Positions 38,101-48,504 of a stretch of 63,582 bases of DNA are shown piece by piece. The DNA is taken from sequence record SRR31156797_2571; one strand, 5' to 3'. Below the pieces are notes generated by a model that was not told where the DNA came from, did no database searches, and saw nothing but the letters and a program-made list of their open reading frames with translations. The position numbers were made by a program, and so were the translations under genes. Numbering within the stretch: the first letter of the stretch is position 1; every line of letters begins with the position of its first letter.

Positions 38101-40335
38101 ATGAAAAAGTTGAAACGCGGGTTATTTCAAGGCGTTGCGATTGTTGGGGTACTGGTCGCACCCTTCGTAGGAACGATCACACAAGTCTATGCAGCAAATG
38201 AAGGAGATTCGACAACAGCTTCTTTCGCTGCGCAAGAGACGACGTCAGAAAGTTTCTCAGAAGAAAGCGCAGCATCATCTCAAGAGGCCAGCACTGAAAG
38301 TATAGAGTCAAGTTCGACAACAGAGTCCTCATCAACGTCTACCTCTTCATCAGAAACAACGTCAAGTACTGGCACGGCTACGACTGAGACCAGTCAGACC
38401 GAGGCCACCCAAGACTCATCTACTCAATCGACGGAAGAAACTTCGGAAGAACCAGAACTTGGGAACATTGATGTTGAACCAGTTGCAGATAAAAACCAAT
38501 ATGTAAAAATCAAGCCGGTCGTAGCAACGGATCCAGAAACACACAAAATCCTTTACCGTTTTGAGAAGGATCAATTGATCGAACAAGGAACGATCGATGA
38601 ATTAGCTGGCAAGGTATACCGTAGTGTCAAACGGTATCAAGATACCGATAAGCAGACCTATCTTGAAATTCGCGACGATCGAAAGGTTATCGGTGTCGTA
38701 GCAGAAGCAGCAGTGAAAGTTGCCGGCGGAACCTTCAAAACCGAGAAGAAATATGCAACCATCACAAGTGCGAAAGAACCGATTTGGCAAGATGTGTTTT
38801 TAGATAAAAAAACGAGCACCTCTTCAAGCATTAATGGTCAAACCTTTGAAATCAAAGAAATATTCACGACGAATAATAACGTAGCCTATTACGCATTGTA
38901 TTCAAATAAAAATGTTCTCATCGGTTGGATAAAAGCCGCCGGTGTTAAGTTAGCGACAACTCCTGGTGGTGCATGGCAGTCTGAATCAAAATATGCCACG
39001 ATCATCAGCGGGAATTATACGCTATGGCAAAATTTTAATTGGACAGCGAAGAAAGGAACGACAGCCGCTTTAAATGGCAAAACAGTCAAAGTTACTGGGA
39101 AATATCGTCACTTGAATGGGTCGACGTACTATTCCCTTTATACAAATAACAATAAATGGCTAGGCTATATCAATGCCTCGGGTGTTAAGTTAACGACGGA
39201 TGCACAAGGTGCCTATCAATCCTACGGAAAATATGTGACATTGACCAAGAAAAATTACACGATTTGGGGGGATTTCCGTTGGTCGAGTAAGAAAAATACT
39301 ACAACGAAATTAGCGGGAAAAACCTATCTTGCAAAAGGAAGATATAACCATGTCAATGGCGGTGTCTACTTGTCCCTTTATGATGCTAACGGAAAATGGA
39401 TCGGCTACTTAAATGCCGATGCAGCAACGGTTGCCAACAATCAAGGCGGTACTTGGCAAAGTGAAAAACGCACAGTCCGCCTAAAAAGTAAGAATTATAC
39501 CTTATGGCAAGATTTAGCTTTTGCGAAGAAAAAAGGCAGCAGCGCTGATTATATGAACAAGAATATTCAAGTTACTGGGAAATATCAACATTTCAACGGC
39601 TCCACCTACTATTCACTTTATCTCAATAACAAGTGGCTGGGTTACATCAATGCAAGTGGGGTGACTAATGCCCATACGATCACCTCTCAAAGCAACATTA
39701 GCCGCTACGTGGTCGTCAAGAATGGGGATGGCAATTTCTTTGAAAAAGCTGATCCAAATAGTACGAAACTTGGGAAAAAGAGTGCCTACAAAGGGTATAT
39801 GGCACAAGCGACCAAACTAGCAAAAACGAGTGATGGCAACTACCTGTATCTCGTTTCGCCAGCCGGTCGAATTGGTTGGGTCAAGGAAAATCAAACCACA
39901 AATGTAAATAGTAACTTTTGGATGTATACTACTGGAGGAAAATATCCTTCATTAAACGTTCAAAACTTAAATATTGAAGTATCCATCAGCAAACAGCGGG
40001 TTTATATCAAATCAGGGAATAAAGTAATTTATACGATGCTTTGCTCGACCGGTGCCTTCAATACACCAACACCTTTAGGGAATTTTCGCATCCAAGCAGA
40101 AAAAGGCTTAGCTTTTTCAGGAGCCGCCTACTACCGTTCCTTTAAAGACCATGGGGTCTATTTATTCCATACGATCCCAACGAGTATCGCTTGGTCCACC
40201 AATGCTTTTAGTTCCGTTGAAGGACGAAAATTAGGCACTCGGGCTTCTCATGGCTGTATTCGATTAGCAGTGCCGGATGCCAAATGGTTTTACTATAACA
40301 TGCCTTATAATACGCCTGTCAAAATTGCTAATTAA
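38101..40335 (+). CDS. Secreted L,D-transpeptidase (YkuD domain) with S/T/E-rich linker and about 83-aa GW/SH3b-like repeats
   Basis: Signal peptide ending VYA; repeats NGSTYYSLY..KWLGYINA; catalytic FH...ASHGCIRL. Confidence 0.85.
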   Translation: MKKLKRGLFQGVAIVGVLVAPFVGTITQVYAANEGDSTTASFAAQETTSESFSEESAASSQEASTESIESSSTTESSSTSTSSSETTSSTGTATTETSQTEATQDSSTQSTEETSEEPELGNIDVEPVADKNQYVKIKPVVATDPETHKILYRFEKDQLIEQGTIDELAGKVYRSVKRYQDTDKQTYLEIRDDRKVIGVVAEAAVKVAGGTFKTEKKYATITSAKEPIWQDVFLDKKTSTSSSINGQTFEIKEIFTTNNNVAYYALYSNKNVLIGWIKAAGVKLATTPGGAWQSESKYATIISGNYTLWQNFNWTAKKGTTAALNGKTVKVTGKYRHLNGSTYYSLYTNNNKWLGYINASGVKLTTDAQGAYQSYGKYVTLTKKNYTIWGDFRWSSKKNTTTKLAGKTYLAKGRYNHVNGGVYLSLYDANGKWIGYLNADAATVANNQGGTWQSEKRTVRLKSKNYTLWQDLAFAKKKGSSADYMNKNIQVTGKYQHFNGSTYYSLYLNNKWLGYINASGVTNAHTITSQSNISRYVVVKNGDGNFFEKADPNSTKLGKKSAYKGYMAQATKLAKTSDGNYLYLVSPAGRIGWVKENQTTNVNSNFWMYTTGGKYPSLNVQNLNIEVSISKQRVYIKSGNKVIYTMLCSTGAFNTPTPLGNFRIQAEKGLAFSGAAYYRSFKDHGVYLFHTIPTSIAWSTNAFSSVEGRKLGTRASHGCIRLAVPDAKWFYYNMPYNTPVKIAN

Positions 40336-40340
40336 TGATC

Positions 40341-40377
40341 AAAAGTCGTTTCCGTCAACGGAGACGGCTTTTATTTT
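40341..40377 (+). terminator. Terminator after LDT gene
   Basis: AAAAGTCGTTTCC/GGAGACGGCTTTT plus T run. Confidence 0.75.
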
Positions 40378-40391
40378 CCCAAAAAAAAAGA

Positions 40392-40437
40392 TTGACGCTG
40401 GCTATATCATTCGATAATATATCATTAAGTGATATAG
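40392..40437 (+). promoter_or_regulatory. padR promoter with candidate PadR operator
   Basis: TTGACG-17-TAATAT; direct repeat TATATCATT x2; palindrome TATATCA-N5-TGATATA. Confidence 0.6.
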
Positions 40438-40458
40438 TTAGTGGGATGGAGGAATCAA

Positions 40459-40785
40459 ATGGATGAGGCATTGACAGATTCAACCTATTTGATTTTATTA
40501 GCGCTTTTAAAGCCAAAACATGGGTATGTCATTATGAAACAAATCCATGAGCTAAGCCAAGGAACATTTGAGATTGGCCCCGCGACGATGTATACGATTT
40601 TGAAAAAGCTGACGAAAAAGGGGTGGATCGATTTAGAAGAAAGCGTCGATCGAAAAAAAATCTATCAGATTACACCAGAAGGAAGACAGGTTCTGGAGAA
40701 AGATATTCAGCGACGCAAACTATTTTATCAAATCGGAGAACAGGTCTTCGAAGCGTTAGGAGGGGAACAAGATGGGCATCAATAA
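40459..40785 (+). CDS. PadR family regulator
   Basis: LTDSTYLILLAL..HGY..IGPATMY..RKKIYQITPEG; GGAGG RBS. Confidence 0.9.
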   Translation: MDEALTDSTYLILLALLKPKHGYVIMKQIHELSQGTFEIGPATMYTILKKLTKKGWIDLEESVDRKKIYQITPEGRQVLEKDIQRRKLFYQIGEQVFEALGGEQDGHQ

Positions 40786-41452
40786 GAAATATCTTCTTTC
40801 TCTTGGAGTCGCCTATTATCCGGAAAAGGAAATGGTTCGTTTACAAAAACAAGCGTCAATGGGCTGGCATTTTGTGAAGATGAATCGGTTAGGGTTTTTG
40901 AAGTTTATCAAAGGAAAATCGGAAACGACCAAATATGCAGTGGACTTTTTCGAAGGAGATCCTTCTGAGATCGTTGATTACCTAGCGATGTATCAAGCTG
41001 GGGGCTGGACCTATATCAGCAATTATAAAGATCGGTATTTTTATTTTAAAGCATCTCCGGATACACCAGCGATTTTCAGCGATCAAGAAAGCTATCAAGA
41101 ACGAATCGATAATGAGACGCGCTATTTGATGAAAAAATCGATTCTGTTTTCAGTGGTCAGTTTAGCAATTTTAGCAGTGATTTATTTTTCCATTCGTTAT
41201 TTCAATATTCGTACAAATCCCTTTTGGTCCTTTGGGCTAGGATTGATTACTGGGCTAGTATTTATTCCGATAGGGGTAGGATTGACCACGATTTTGATGA
41301 AATTTTTATACAAAAATCGAGCAAGTTATTACAATGAACCAGAGAAACTGGCGAAACGCCAACGGGTGATCCGCGACTCTATCATCTTGATGGTTGCAGG
41401 AGCAATCGTTGGTGCCATTATCGGTTTTTTCTTTAGTGACATATTTTATTAG
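40772..41452 (+). CDS. DUF2812-like membrane protein
   Basis: L..QASMGW, YAVDF, Y..MY..GGW, IFSD motifs followed by TM helices; typical PadR partner. Confidence 0.75.
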   Translation: MGINKKYLLSLGVAYYPEKEMVRLQKQASMGWHFVKMNRLGFLKFIKGKSETTKYAVDFFEGDPSEIVDYLAMYQAGGWTYISNYKDRYFYFKASPDTPAIFSDQESYQERIDNETRYLMKKSILFSVVSLAILAVIYFSIRYFNIRTNPFWSFGLGLITGLVFIPIGVGLTTILMKFLYKNRASYYNEPEKLAKRQRVIRDSIILMVAGAIVGAIIGFFFSDIFY

Positions 41453-41469
41453 ACAGGGAAGGTGAGCAT

Positions 41470-42369
41470 GTGTTAGAAGCAAAACAGCTAGTAAAAACAT
41501 TTGGGGATTATACAGCAGTCGATCAATTGTCCTTTACCATCAATGATGGTCAGATTATGGGATTAATTGGTCAAAACGGAGCAGGAAAAACGACGACATT
41601 CCGATTGATCTTGGATTTTTTGAAAGCCGATCAAGGAGAAGTATTATGGGATGGTCACAAAATTAGTGAAAAAGAATACAATTTTATTGGCTATCTGCCA
41701 GAAGAACGCGGCTTGTATCCAAAAGTCACGATTGAAGATCAATTAATCTACTTCGCGCGTTTACGTGGCAAAAAGAAAGAAGACATCGTACCCAAAATCG
41801 ACTATTGGATGGACAAGTTTAAAGTCAAAGGCAAGAAAACTGATAAAGTCAAATCTTTATCAAAAGGAAATCAGCAAAAAGTTCAGCTAATTTCAACGTT
41901 GATCCATGAACCAAAATTAGTGATTCTAGATGAACCGTTTAGTGGCTTAGACCCAGTCAACGCGGAACTGTTGAAAAACGGGATCATTGAACTGAAAAAA
42001 AATGGCTCTTGTGTCATCTTCTCCAGTCATAATATGGATAACGTAGAAAAAATCTGTGACCACTTGATTATGCTAAGGGATGGTCAAACTGTCTTAAACG
42101 GAAAGGTCCATGAAATTCGTGAATCCTTTGGACGGACGAAAGTTTATTTGGAGTCTAATTTGACGAAAGAACAGCTTTTGGCAGTGGCAGGTGTTGAGGA
42201 AGTCATTGCCAGAGAAGACGGCAGCTATGATATTACGATCGCTGATCCTGCAGTAGGAAAAACCTTATTTGATTTAGCGACGGCGGATGGTTATATCCCT
42301 ATGTTCAATCAACAACCGCCAACGTTAGAAGAAATCTTTAAGCGGAAGGCAGGAAAAACAAATGAATAA
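41470..42369 (+). CDS. ABC-2 transporter ATPase (YhaQ/NatA-like)
   Basis: GQNGAGKT, GYLPEERGLY, LSKGNQQK, LDEPFSGLDP. Confidence 0.92.
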   Translation: MLEAKQLVKTFGDYTAVDQLSFTINDGQIMGLIGQNGAGKTTTFRLILDFLKADQGEVLWDGHKISEKEYNFIGYLPEERGLYPKVTIEDQLIYFARLRGKKKEDIVPKIDYWMDKFKVKGKKTDKVKSLSKGNQQKVQLISTLIHEPKLVILDEPFSGLDPVNAELLKNGIIELKKNGSCVIFSSHNMDNVEKICDHLIMLRDGQTVLNGKVHEIRESFGRTKVYLESNLTKEQLLAVAGVEEVIAREDGSYDITIADPAVGKTLFDLATADGYIPMFNQQPPTLEEIFKRKAGKTNE

Positions 42370-43615
42370 GTTTTGGGTAATCGCATTAGATGTTTATAAG
42401 AAAAATATCAAATCAATTTCGTTTTTGATTATGATATTGGTTCCATTCATTGCAATGGGCGGATTTTATCTGATTAGTTACTTTGCCGATGGTATGAGCA
42501 GTGTGGATAAAATTGTCGTTTATGCGAATGAACCAGCCATTGCGCAGACCTTTGTGGAGCAAAGTAGCGATGATTATGAATTTGAAGTTGTGGAAAGCGA
42601 AGAACAAGGACAACAACAGTTGGCTGACAAAGATGCTGATGCCTTGTTAGTTATTACTGCTTCAGGGGATACGCTGCAAGGGGAATTATTAAGCGAGTCC
42701 TCAATGGGGCAAGCTTTAGAGCTGACGATCCAACAATTATTGACGGGCTTGCAGTCATCCTTTCGAGCTAGCGAGCTTGGTTTGACTGCTGAGCAAGTGG
42801 CAGTTCTTAGTGAAGTTGCACCGCTTGACCGGCAAAAAGTTTCCTTCAGTGAAGGTGGCGAAATGACCTATGGAGAAGATAATACCGCGATGCAAGCAGC
42901 AGTTAGTACCATCGCAACAATCGTTCTCTTTTTCTTTATCATCACTTACGCACAAATCATTGCGCAAGAAATTGCTTCTGAAAAAGGAACGCGCATTATG
43001 GAAGTCATTTTGTCTAGTACCCGGGCGCAAACCCATTACTACGCCAAATTAACTGGGGTGATCATGGTTGCAGCGACCCAGCTAGTTGCGTATGTTGCGA
43101 TTTTTGGCGGGAGTTATTTCTGGATCAAGGACAACTCCATGGTAAAAGACTTATTGGCAAGTTTTTCATCAGATGGCATTTTTGGTCCTTTCCTCGTGTT
43201 TGCGATCGTTTTCGTCTTCTTAGGAATCTTGATCTATTCTGTCTTGTCAGCCCTTTGCGGGTCGTTAGTGAACAAAGCAGAAGATACGGCGAAAGCCATT
43301 ATTCCAGTGACGTATCTTTCGTTGGGCGGGTATATGCTAGGAATCGTACTAGGCGGTATGGATCCGCATAACGTTGTTTTACGAGTAACTTCTTATATCC
43401 CATTCTTGTCCTCTTATATTATGCCAGTACGGCTTGCTAATGATACAGTGGGGATTGGCGGAGCGTTGATTTCAGTAGGGATCCTTGCTGTTACCACGAT
43501 CGTCCTGATGCTGGTTTCTGCAAAAATGTACAAATCAAATGTCTTGATCTATAACGACAATGGCATCTTGGCAACGTTGAAACAATCACTGGTGTTAATG
43601 AAAAATGAGAAATAA
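42362..43615 (+). CDS. ABC-2 permease (YhaP/NatB-like)
   Basis: IAQEIASEKGTRIMEVILSS, SYIPFLS. Confidence 0.9.
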   Translation: MNKFWVIALDVYKKNIKSISFLIMILVPFIAMGGFYLISYFADGMSSVDKIVVYANEPAIAQTFVEQSSDDYEFEVVESEEQGQQQLADKDADALLVITASGDTLQGELLSESSMGQALELTIQQLLTGLQSSFRASELGLTAEQVAVLSEVAPLDRQKVSFSEGGEMTYGEDNTAMQAAVSTIATIVLFFFIITYAQIIAQEIASEKGTRIMEVILSSTRAQTHYYAKLTGVIMVAATQLVAYVAIFGGSYFWIKDNSMVKDLLASFSSDGIFGPFLVFAIVFVFLGILIYSVLSALCGSLVNKAEDTAKAIIPVTYLSLGGYMLGIVLGGMDPHNVVLRVTSYIPFLSSYIMPVRLANDTVGIGGALISVGILAVTTIVLMLVSAKMYKSNVLIYNDNGILATLKQSLVLMKNEK

Positions 43616-43617
43616 AC

Positions 43618-43653
43618 AAAACGCCCGATCCTTTTTGTGATCGGGCGTTTTTT
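43618..43653. terminator. Bidirectional terminator
   Basis: AAAACGCCCGATC/GATCGGGCGTTTT. Confidence 0.85.
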
Positions 43654-43687
43654 ACTGGCTAGCATCTAGAAAAAAAGGTGCAGGCCT

Positions 43688-44401
43688 TTAGAATTCCTGC
43701 ACAAAAAAGTCGAAGATCGATTGCTCAGAAGGCAGCTTGTGAGCGGCTAGCTCAGGATGCCACTGAATGCCTAAGATCGGTGCGCCATAGGCGGTGGATT
43801 CAATGGCTTCAACAACACCATCAGGAGCGGTGGCGGTCACATTGAAATCATCTGCAACTGTTTTGACTGCTTGGTGATGAAAAGAATTGACTTGATAGGT
43901 TGTGCCTAAAAGAGCAGCCAAACGACTGTCTGCCTTGATTTCCACCCGATGTGTAGGGAATTGAAAGAACGTTGGTAATTGCACGTGTTTGATCGTTGGG
44001 TGATCGATCAAAGAGAGATCTTGGTACAAACTCCCACCAAATGCGACATTTAGTAACTGCATGCCGCGGCAGATTCCAAAGATGGGTTTGTTTTGAGCCA
44101 CTGCTTCTTTGATCAATGCCAATTCAAAGACATCACGATCAGGATGAATGCCTTGAATCAAAGGATGAGGATCTTCGCCATAATGATCAGGGGAGACATC
44201 ATGACCACCGGCTAACAAGAGTTTATCGATTTTGCTGATGTAAGTCGCAGCATCTTCCACGACACCCATTGGTAATATTAGGGGAATGCCTTGGGCTTGT
44301 TGGATATGGGTGACAAAATTTTTGGGTGTATAGGACAACCAATGTTCTGCTTCTTCAATCATTGGCCGTTCATTAGCAGCGATGCCGATAATGGGTTTCA
44401 T
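43688..44401 (-). CDS. Peptidase C26 / gamma-glutamyl-GABA hydrolase family glutamine amidotransferase
   Basis: KPIIGI, GICRGMQ, VNSFHHQ, QWHPE; start taken at MKPII. Confidence 0.9.
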   Translation of the reverse strand: MKPIIGIAANERPMIEEAEHWLSYTPKNFVTHIQQAQGIPLILPMGVVEDAATYISKIDKLLLAGGHDVSPDHYGEDPHPLIQGIHPDRDVFELALIKEAVAQNKPIFGICRGMQLLNVAFGGSLYQDLSLIDHPTIKHVQLPTFFQFPTHRVEIKADSRLAALLGTTYQVNSFHHQAVKTVADDFNVTATAPDGVVEAIESTAYGAPILGIQWHPELAAHKLPSEQSIFDFFVQEF

Positions 44402-44477
44402 TTGATCAAACCTTTCTATAAGTAAATGGAACGAAAAGAAAAAAGGACACGAGGTCCTTTTTTCGAGCATCTTCGCT

Positions 44478-44852
44478 TTATTTTTCGCGAATAACTTCGA
44501 TTTTATAACCATCAGGATCTTTCACAAAATAGTAAGATGGAGAAGTCCCTGGTAGTCCTTTCAAGTCAGTGACGTCAAATCTGGCAGCTTGGTGCTTCTC
44601 ATGAAGCGCTTCTAGATCATCGGTACTGATGGCGATGTGGCCATAGCCGTCGCCTAACTCATAGCCAGGATGGTCATAGTTATATGTCAACTCTAGCTCG
44701 TAGTCATCTCCAGGCAATGTTAAGTAAACCAAAGTAAATTGATGTTCAGGAAAATCACGACGGCGAGATTCTTCAAAACCAAAGGCAGTTTGATAAAAAT
44801 CTAGAGAAGCCGTTAAGTCTTTGACGCGGACACAAGTGTGAGCCATTTTCAT
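44478..44852 (-). CDS. gloA: Lactoylglutathione lyase (glyoxalase I)
   Basis: HTCVRV, ELELTYN, GYGHIA, DPDGYKIE. Confidence 0.88.
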   Translation of the reverse strand: MKMAHTCVRVKDLTASLDFYQTAFGFEESRRRDFPEHQFTLVYLTLPGDDYELELTYNYDHPGYELGDGYGHIAISTDDLEALHEKHQAARFDVTDLKGLPGTSPSYYFVKDPDGYKIEVIREK

Positions 44853-44999
44853 GGGTAAATCATCCTTTCGATCTTGATAGTTGTATGATAACATATTTTC
44901 TCATTTTATAACGAATAAAAGACAACAGAGCGTTATTTCCAGCTTGTCCAGACTATTGGCATAGGGTAAAATGGAAAGAAAGTGTTGGTGGAGGGAATC

Positions 45000-45443
45000 A
45001 TGCCAGAAAAGGAAATTGTGTTCGGGGAAAAAGAAGCGGGGAAACCATACAAATCAAGATATGGCGCGTATGTCGTTCTTCCAAATGAAAAAAATGAAGT
45101 GATCTTGGTACAAGCACCCAATGGCGCCTATTTTTTACCAGGCGGTGAAATTGAACCAAATGAGACCAAAGAAGAAGCGATCCAGCGAGAATTAATAGAA
45201 GAACTTGGATTTGAAGGGGAGATCGCTGCCTATTTAGGGGAGGCAGTTGAATACTTCTATTCACGCCATCGCGATACATTTTACCATCATCCCGGCTATT
45301 TCTATTTAATGACCAAATGGAAAAAAGTCTGTGAACCGACAGAAGAAAACAATCAGTTGTCATGGCATACGCCAGAAGAAGCGATTCAGCGATTGAAACG
45401 CGGCAGCCATAAATGGGCAGTTGAACAATGGTTGGCAAAATAA
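45000..45443 (+). CDS. NUDIX hydrolase
   Basis: Nudix box GGEIEPNETKEEAIQRELIEELG. Confidence 0.9.
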   Translation: MPEKEIVFGEKEAGKPYKSRYGAYVVLPNEKNEVILVQAPNGAYFLPGGEIEPNETKEEAIQRELIEELGFEGEIAAYLGEAVEYFYSRHRDTFYHHPGYFYLMTKWKKVCEPTEENNQLSWHTPEEAIQRLKRGSHKWAVEQWLAK

Positions 45444-45481
45444 AAAAGGCAGGCTTCCGATAAAAAGGAAACCTGCCTTTT
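45443..45481. terminator. Bidirectional terminator
   Basis: AAAAGGCAGG.TTCC/GGAA.CCTGCCTTTT. Confidence 0.75.
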
Positions 45482-45485
45482 ACAC

Positions 45486-46304
45486 TTAGTTATTTGCTAA
45501 AACATACTTGTTGATTACTTCTGCCACACCATCTTCTTCGTTTGATGCAGTTAGGACATCTGCGGCATTTTTCACGTTTTCAGTGGCATTGGCCATCGCC
45601 ACACCGATACCAGCGTATTCCACCATGGTTAAATCATTTTCGTTATCGCCGATCGCCATGACTTCTTCTTGTTTGATGCCTAAGTGCTCCGCCAATTTTT
45701 TGACAGCAGCCCCTTTATGGGCTTGTTTATTTAGAACTTCCAAGAAGTAAGGAGCACTTTTGACCACATTGTAATTGTGCGTCAAACTGCTCGGCAATTG
45801 TGGGATGATCTGATTAAGTATTTCGGGATCATCGATCATCATCATTTTGATGATATTCAAGTCAGCAGTCATTTCTTCTGGTGTCCGATATTTCAATGGC
45901 ATGTTGACTAAGAAGGCTTCATAAATCGTATAAGGACTGATATCGCGGTTAGCGGTATACATGGTATCTTCGGTTTCTACATGAAGATGAACCCCTAATT
46001 TTCTCGCAGTCATCTCAACAAAGAGATAGTCATCTTGGGACAAGCCGAATTCAGAGATGATCTCTTGGTTTTTGGTTTTTTGAACCAAAGAGCCATTATA
46101 AGTAATAACGAAATCATTGTCCGTAAATAAGTCTAGTTCCTTTAATAAATCTTGGACACCAGTTAAAGGGCGTCCCGTACACAAAACGATGCGTACACCT
46201 TGCTTTTCAGCGTCTTTCAATGCCTTGTAAACGGCTGGGGTGATCTTGCGGTCGTTGTTCAACAGGGTACCATCGATATCGATGGCGATCAATTTGATAC
46301 TCAT
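45486..46304 (-). CDS. yidA: Cof-type HAD sugar phosphatase
   Basis: DIDGTLL, CTGR, GDNEND. Confidence 0.85.
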   Translation of the reverse strand: MSIKLIAIDIDGTLLNNDRKITPAVYKALKDAEKQGVRIVLCTGRPLTGVQDLLKELDLFTDNDFVITYNGSLVQKTKNQEIISEFGLSQDDYLFVEMTARKLGVHLHVETEDTMYTANRDISPYTIYEAFLVNMPLKYRTPEEMTADLNIIKMMMIDDPEILNQIIPQLPSSLTHNYNVVKSAPYFLEVLNKQAHKGAAVKKLAEHLGIKQEEVMAIGDNENDLTMVEYAGIGVAMANATENVKNAADVLTASNEEDGVAEVINKYVLANN

Positions 46305-46313
46305 AAGTTCCTC

Positions 46314-47684
46314 CTAGTGGCTTGGTTTGATCAAAGCACCATTGCGAATGTGCTTGGCAAACTCTTGATACGTCTCTCCAAATAAATCATAGTGATTTTG
46401 GATGTTGGGGTCAATCATTTCTTTTGGAAAATAAAAGCGTTGGTCACCTTGGGTTTGTCCCGCTAAAGCTGCAACTAGCTGACTGGCTTGGGATAATTCC
46501 ACAAGGGAACCATCTTTTTCCTGTAATTCGATTTGTGTCCGATGTTTGCCTGAAGTCGGCCGATAAAAATCATAAGGCAGATCGAAGCTTGAATTGATGG
46601 CAGTATAATAGCGGGGATTGAAGCCGACTTTTTCCACCAGTCCCTGCATTTCTTCAATCATCGGCAACTGCATCTCATCGTCAAAGCGGGCGGATTTCAA
46701 CGGTTTACGATTTAAGAACCGCTTGGCCAAATCGCTGAGGATCGGATCATTTTCTTCCGTCCATTGGGTAAAGTAGGTATTCAGAACGCCATCGTCGAGT
46801 TTCAAGTATTCATCTAAGGTGAATTCTTGTTTTAAAAATGGGAGAAGCAGCTGCGAATGGCCTTGAAACAATTCTGAATCCACTTGATACAGTTCTGCAG
46901 CTCGATCCAGCAAATGGGCTAAGATCACTTCCATCCCTCGAGAACTCGCATGGAAATAAACTTGCACATACATCTGGTAACGACTGACGATGTAGTCCTC
47001 CACAGCGTGCATGCCATTCATAGAAAAAGCAATACCGCCTTCGTACGGACGAATCACTCGTAAAATTCGGGTCAGATCAAACGTGCCGTATTCAGTGCCG
47101 GTAAAATAAGCATCGCGCAGCAAGTAGTCCATCCGATCAGCATCGATTTGACTAGAAATCATTTGAACGACTTGAGGATTTGGATAAGTTTTAGTGATAA
47201 CACTTGCGACTTTCTCAGGAAATCCAGCTTCCACTCGGTTCAATATCTGATGAACTTCCGTTTCAGGAGAAGTAATGATCGCCACTGTGATGGCTTCATG
47301 GTCTGTATGGAAAATGTGCTCAAAGGTGTGGGAGTATGGTCCGTGGCCCACATCATGAAGCAATGCTGCACACAAGGTCACTAAACGCTCTTTATCATCC
47401 CAGCCGTTTGGTCCGACTTTTTCAAGGGAATAATTGCGTTGGAAAATATCGCAAATGCGACGGCTGATTTCATAAACGCCCAAGGAGTGAGAAAAGCGGC
47501 TATGTTCTGCTCCGTGAAAGGTAAAGGAAGCAGTTCCCAGCTGTTTGATGCGCCGCAAACGCTGCACTTCTTTGGAATTGATCAAATCTAAAATCACTTG
47601 GTGCTGTACATGGACATAGTTATGAACAGGATCACGAAATACTTTTTCTATCGCTAAGGTTTGATATTTATATGGTAGGCTCAT
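46314..47684 (-). CDS. HD-domain dNTP triphosphohydrolase (YwfO/EF1143-like)
   Basis: QRLRRIKQLG, HSRFSHSLG, LLHDVGHGPYSH, DADRMDYL. Confidence 0.9.
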   Translation of the reverse strand: MSLPYKYQTLAIEKVFRDPVHNYVHVQHQVILDLINSKEVQRLRRIKQLGTASFTFHGAEHSRFSHSLGVYEISRRICDIFQRNYSLEKVGPNGWDDKERLVTLCAALLHDVGHGPYSHTFEHIFHTDHEAITVAIITSPETEVHQILNRVEAGFPEKVASVITKTYPNPQVVQMISSQIDADRMDYLLRDAYFTGTEYGTFDLTRILRVIRPYEGGIAFSMNGMHAVEDYIVSRYQMYVQVYFHASSRGMEVILAHLLDRAAELYQVDSELFQGHSQLLLPFLKQEFTLDEYLKLDDGVLNTYFTQWTEENDPILSDLAKRFLNRKPLKSARFDDEMQLPMIEEMQGLVEKVGFNPRYYTAINSSFDLPYDFYRPTSGKHRTQIELQEKDGSLVELSQASQLVAALAGQTQGDQRFYFPKEMIDPNIQNHYDLFGETYQEFAKHIRNGALIKPSH

Positions 47685-48504
47685 CGCTAAACTCCTTTAT
47701 TGGTTGGTTTCGCTTTTCCATGCCAGCTAAGCGTTGCTGCATTTGTTCGCTAAGGTTATTTTCTGTCAGCCATTGATCCAGTGATTCAAGCGGATATAGG
47801 GATTGGTCTGTGATCAAGGAAAGCAGGGCTTTTTGCAAGCGGTCAGTCACCTCGTGTGTGGTAAACTTACGGCCGAGGGCCGCTTCTAAAGTGGTCATGC
47901 TCGCAGGATTGACGGCTGGATAGCCATCTGTACCAAAGCGCTCTTTCAAACCTGCTTGGTAAAAACGACGAACGAGAGAGCCGCGGGCTGGTTGGTCGCC
48001 GTTGACACTCAGATACATCATGACAGCCACGCCGTCTTTGATTCGTCGTTGTGCTGTACCAGCAATTTTTTTCCCATCAATACTCAGGTCATAGGTGCCT
48101 GGGCAATACGAGTCAGCAATTTCATAAGCCAAAATTGTCCGCTCAGGAAAGGCGGTTTGCAGCAATGTCGCCATCATTTCATAGGCTGCATCTGTGGTGG
48201 CAGCCAAATGTTTAGGGAAGATGAGGGAGACATTCAAAATACCGGCATCATTAATTACGCCAAGCCCCCCTGAGTTGCGGATGATCGAGGCATAGCCAGC
48301 TTCTTTCAAAACCTGCAGACCATCTGTCAAAAAAGGCAGCCGGGTATCTTTCATGCCTAAAATCATCGTATCGGACAACTGCCAAAAATGACAATAAACT
48401 TGTTCCTGTTTGCCAGCAACTTCGGTGGCAACATCGGTGAAGGCAAACGGCTCATAAGGATTGTGGATACGTGGTAAGGTTTGATCCATTACATAGATAG
48501 TCAA
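47668..48504 (-). CDS. lipL: Lipoyl amidotransferase (LipL-like)
   Basis: RNSGGLGV, SYCPG (catalytic Cys), KIAGTAQRR. Confidence 0.75.
   Translation of the reverse strand: MTIYVMDQTLPRIHNPYEPFAFTDVATEVAGKQEQVYCHFWQLSDTMILGMKDTRLPFLTDGLQVLKEAGYASIIRNSGGLGVINDAGILNVSLIFPKHLAATTDAAYEMMATLLQTAFPERTILAYEIADSYCPGTYDLSIDGKKIAGTAQRRIKDGVAVMMYLSVNGDQPARGSLVRRFYQAGLKERFGTDGYPAVNPASMTTLEAALGRKFTTHEVTDRLQKALLSLITDQSLYPLESLDQWLTENNLSEQMQQRLAGMEKRNQPIKEFSDEPTI

Noticed and set aside
38950..39670. Repeated DNA segments that might suggest a CRISPR or mobile repeat
   Set aside because: They are in-frame protein domain repeats of the L,D-transpeptidase.
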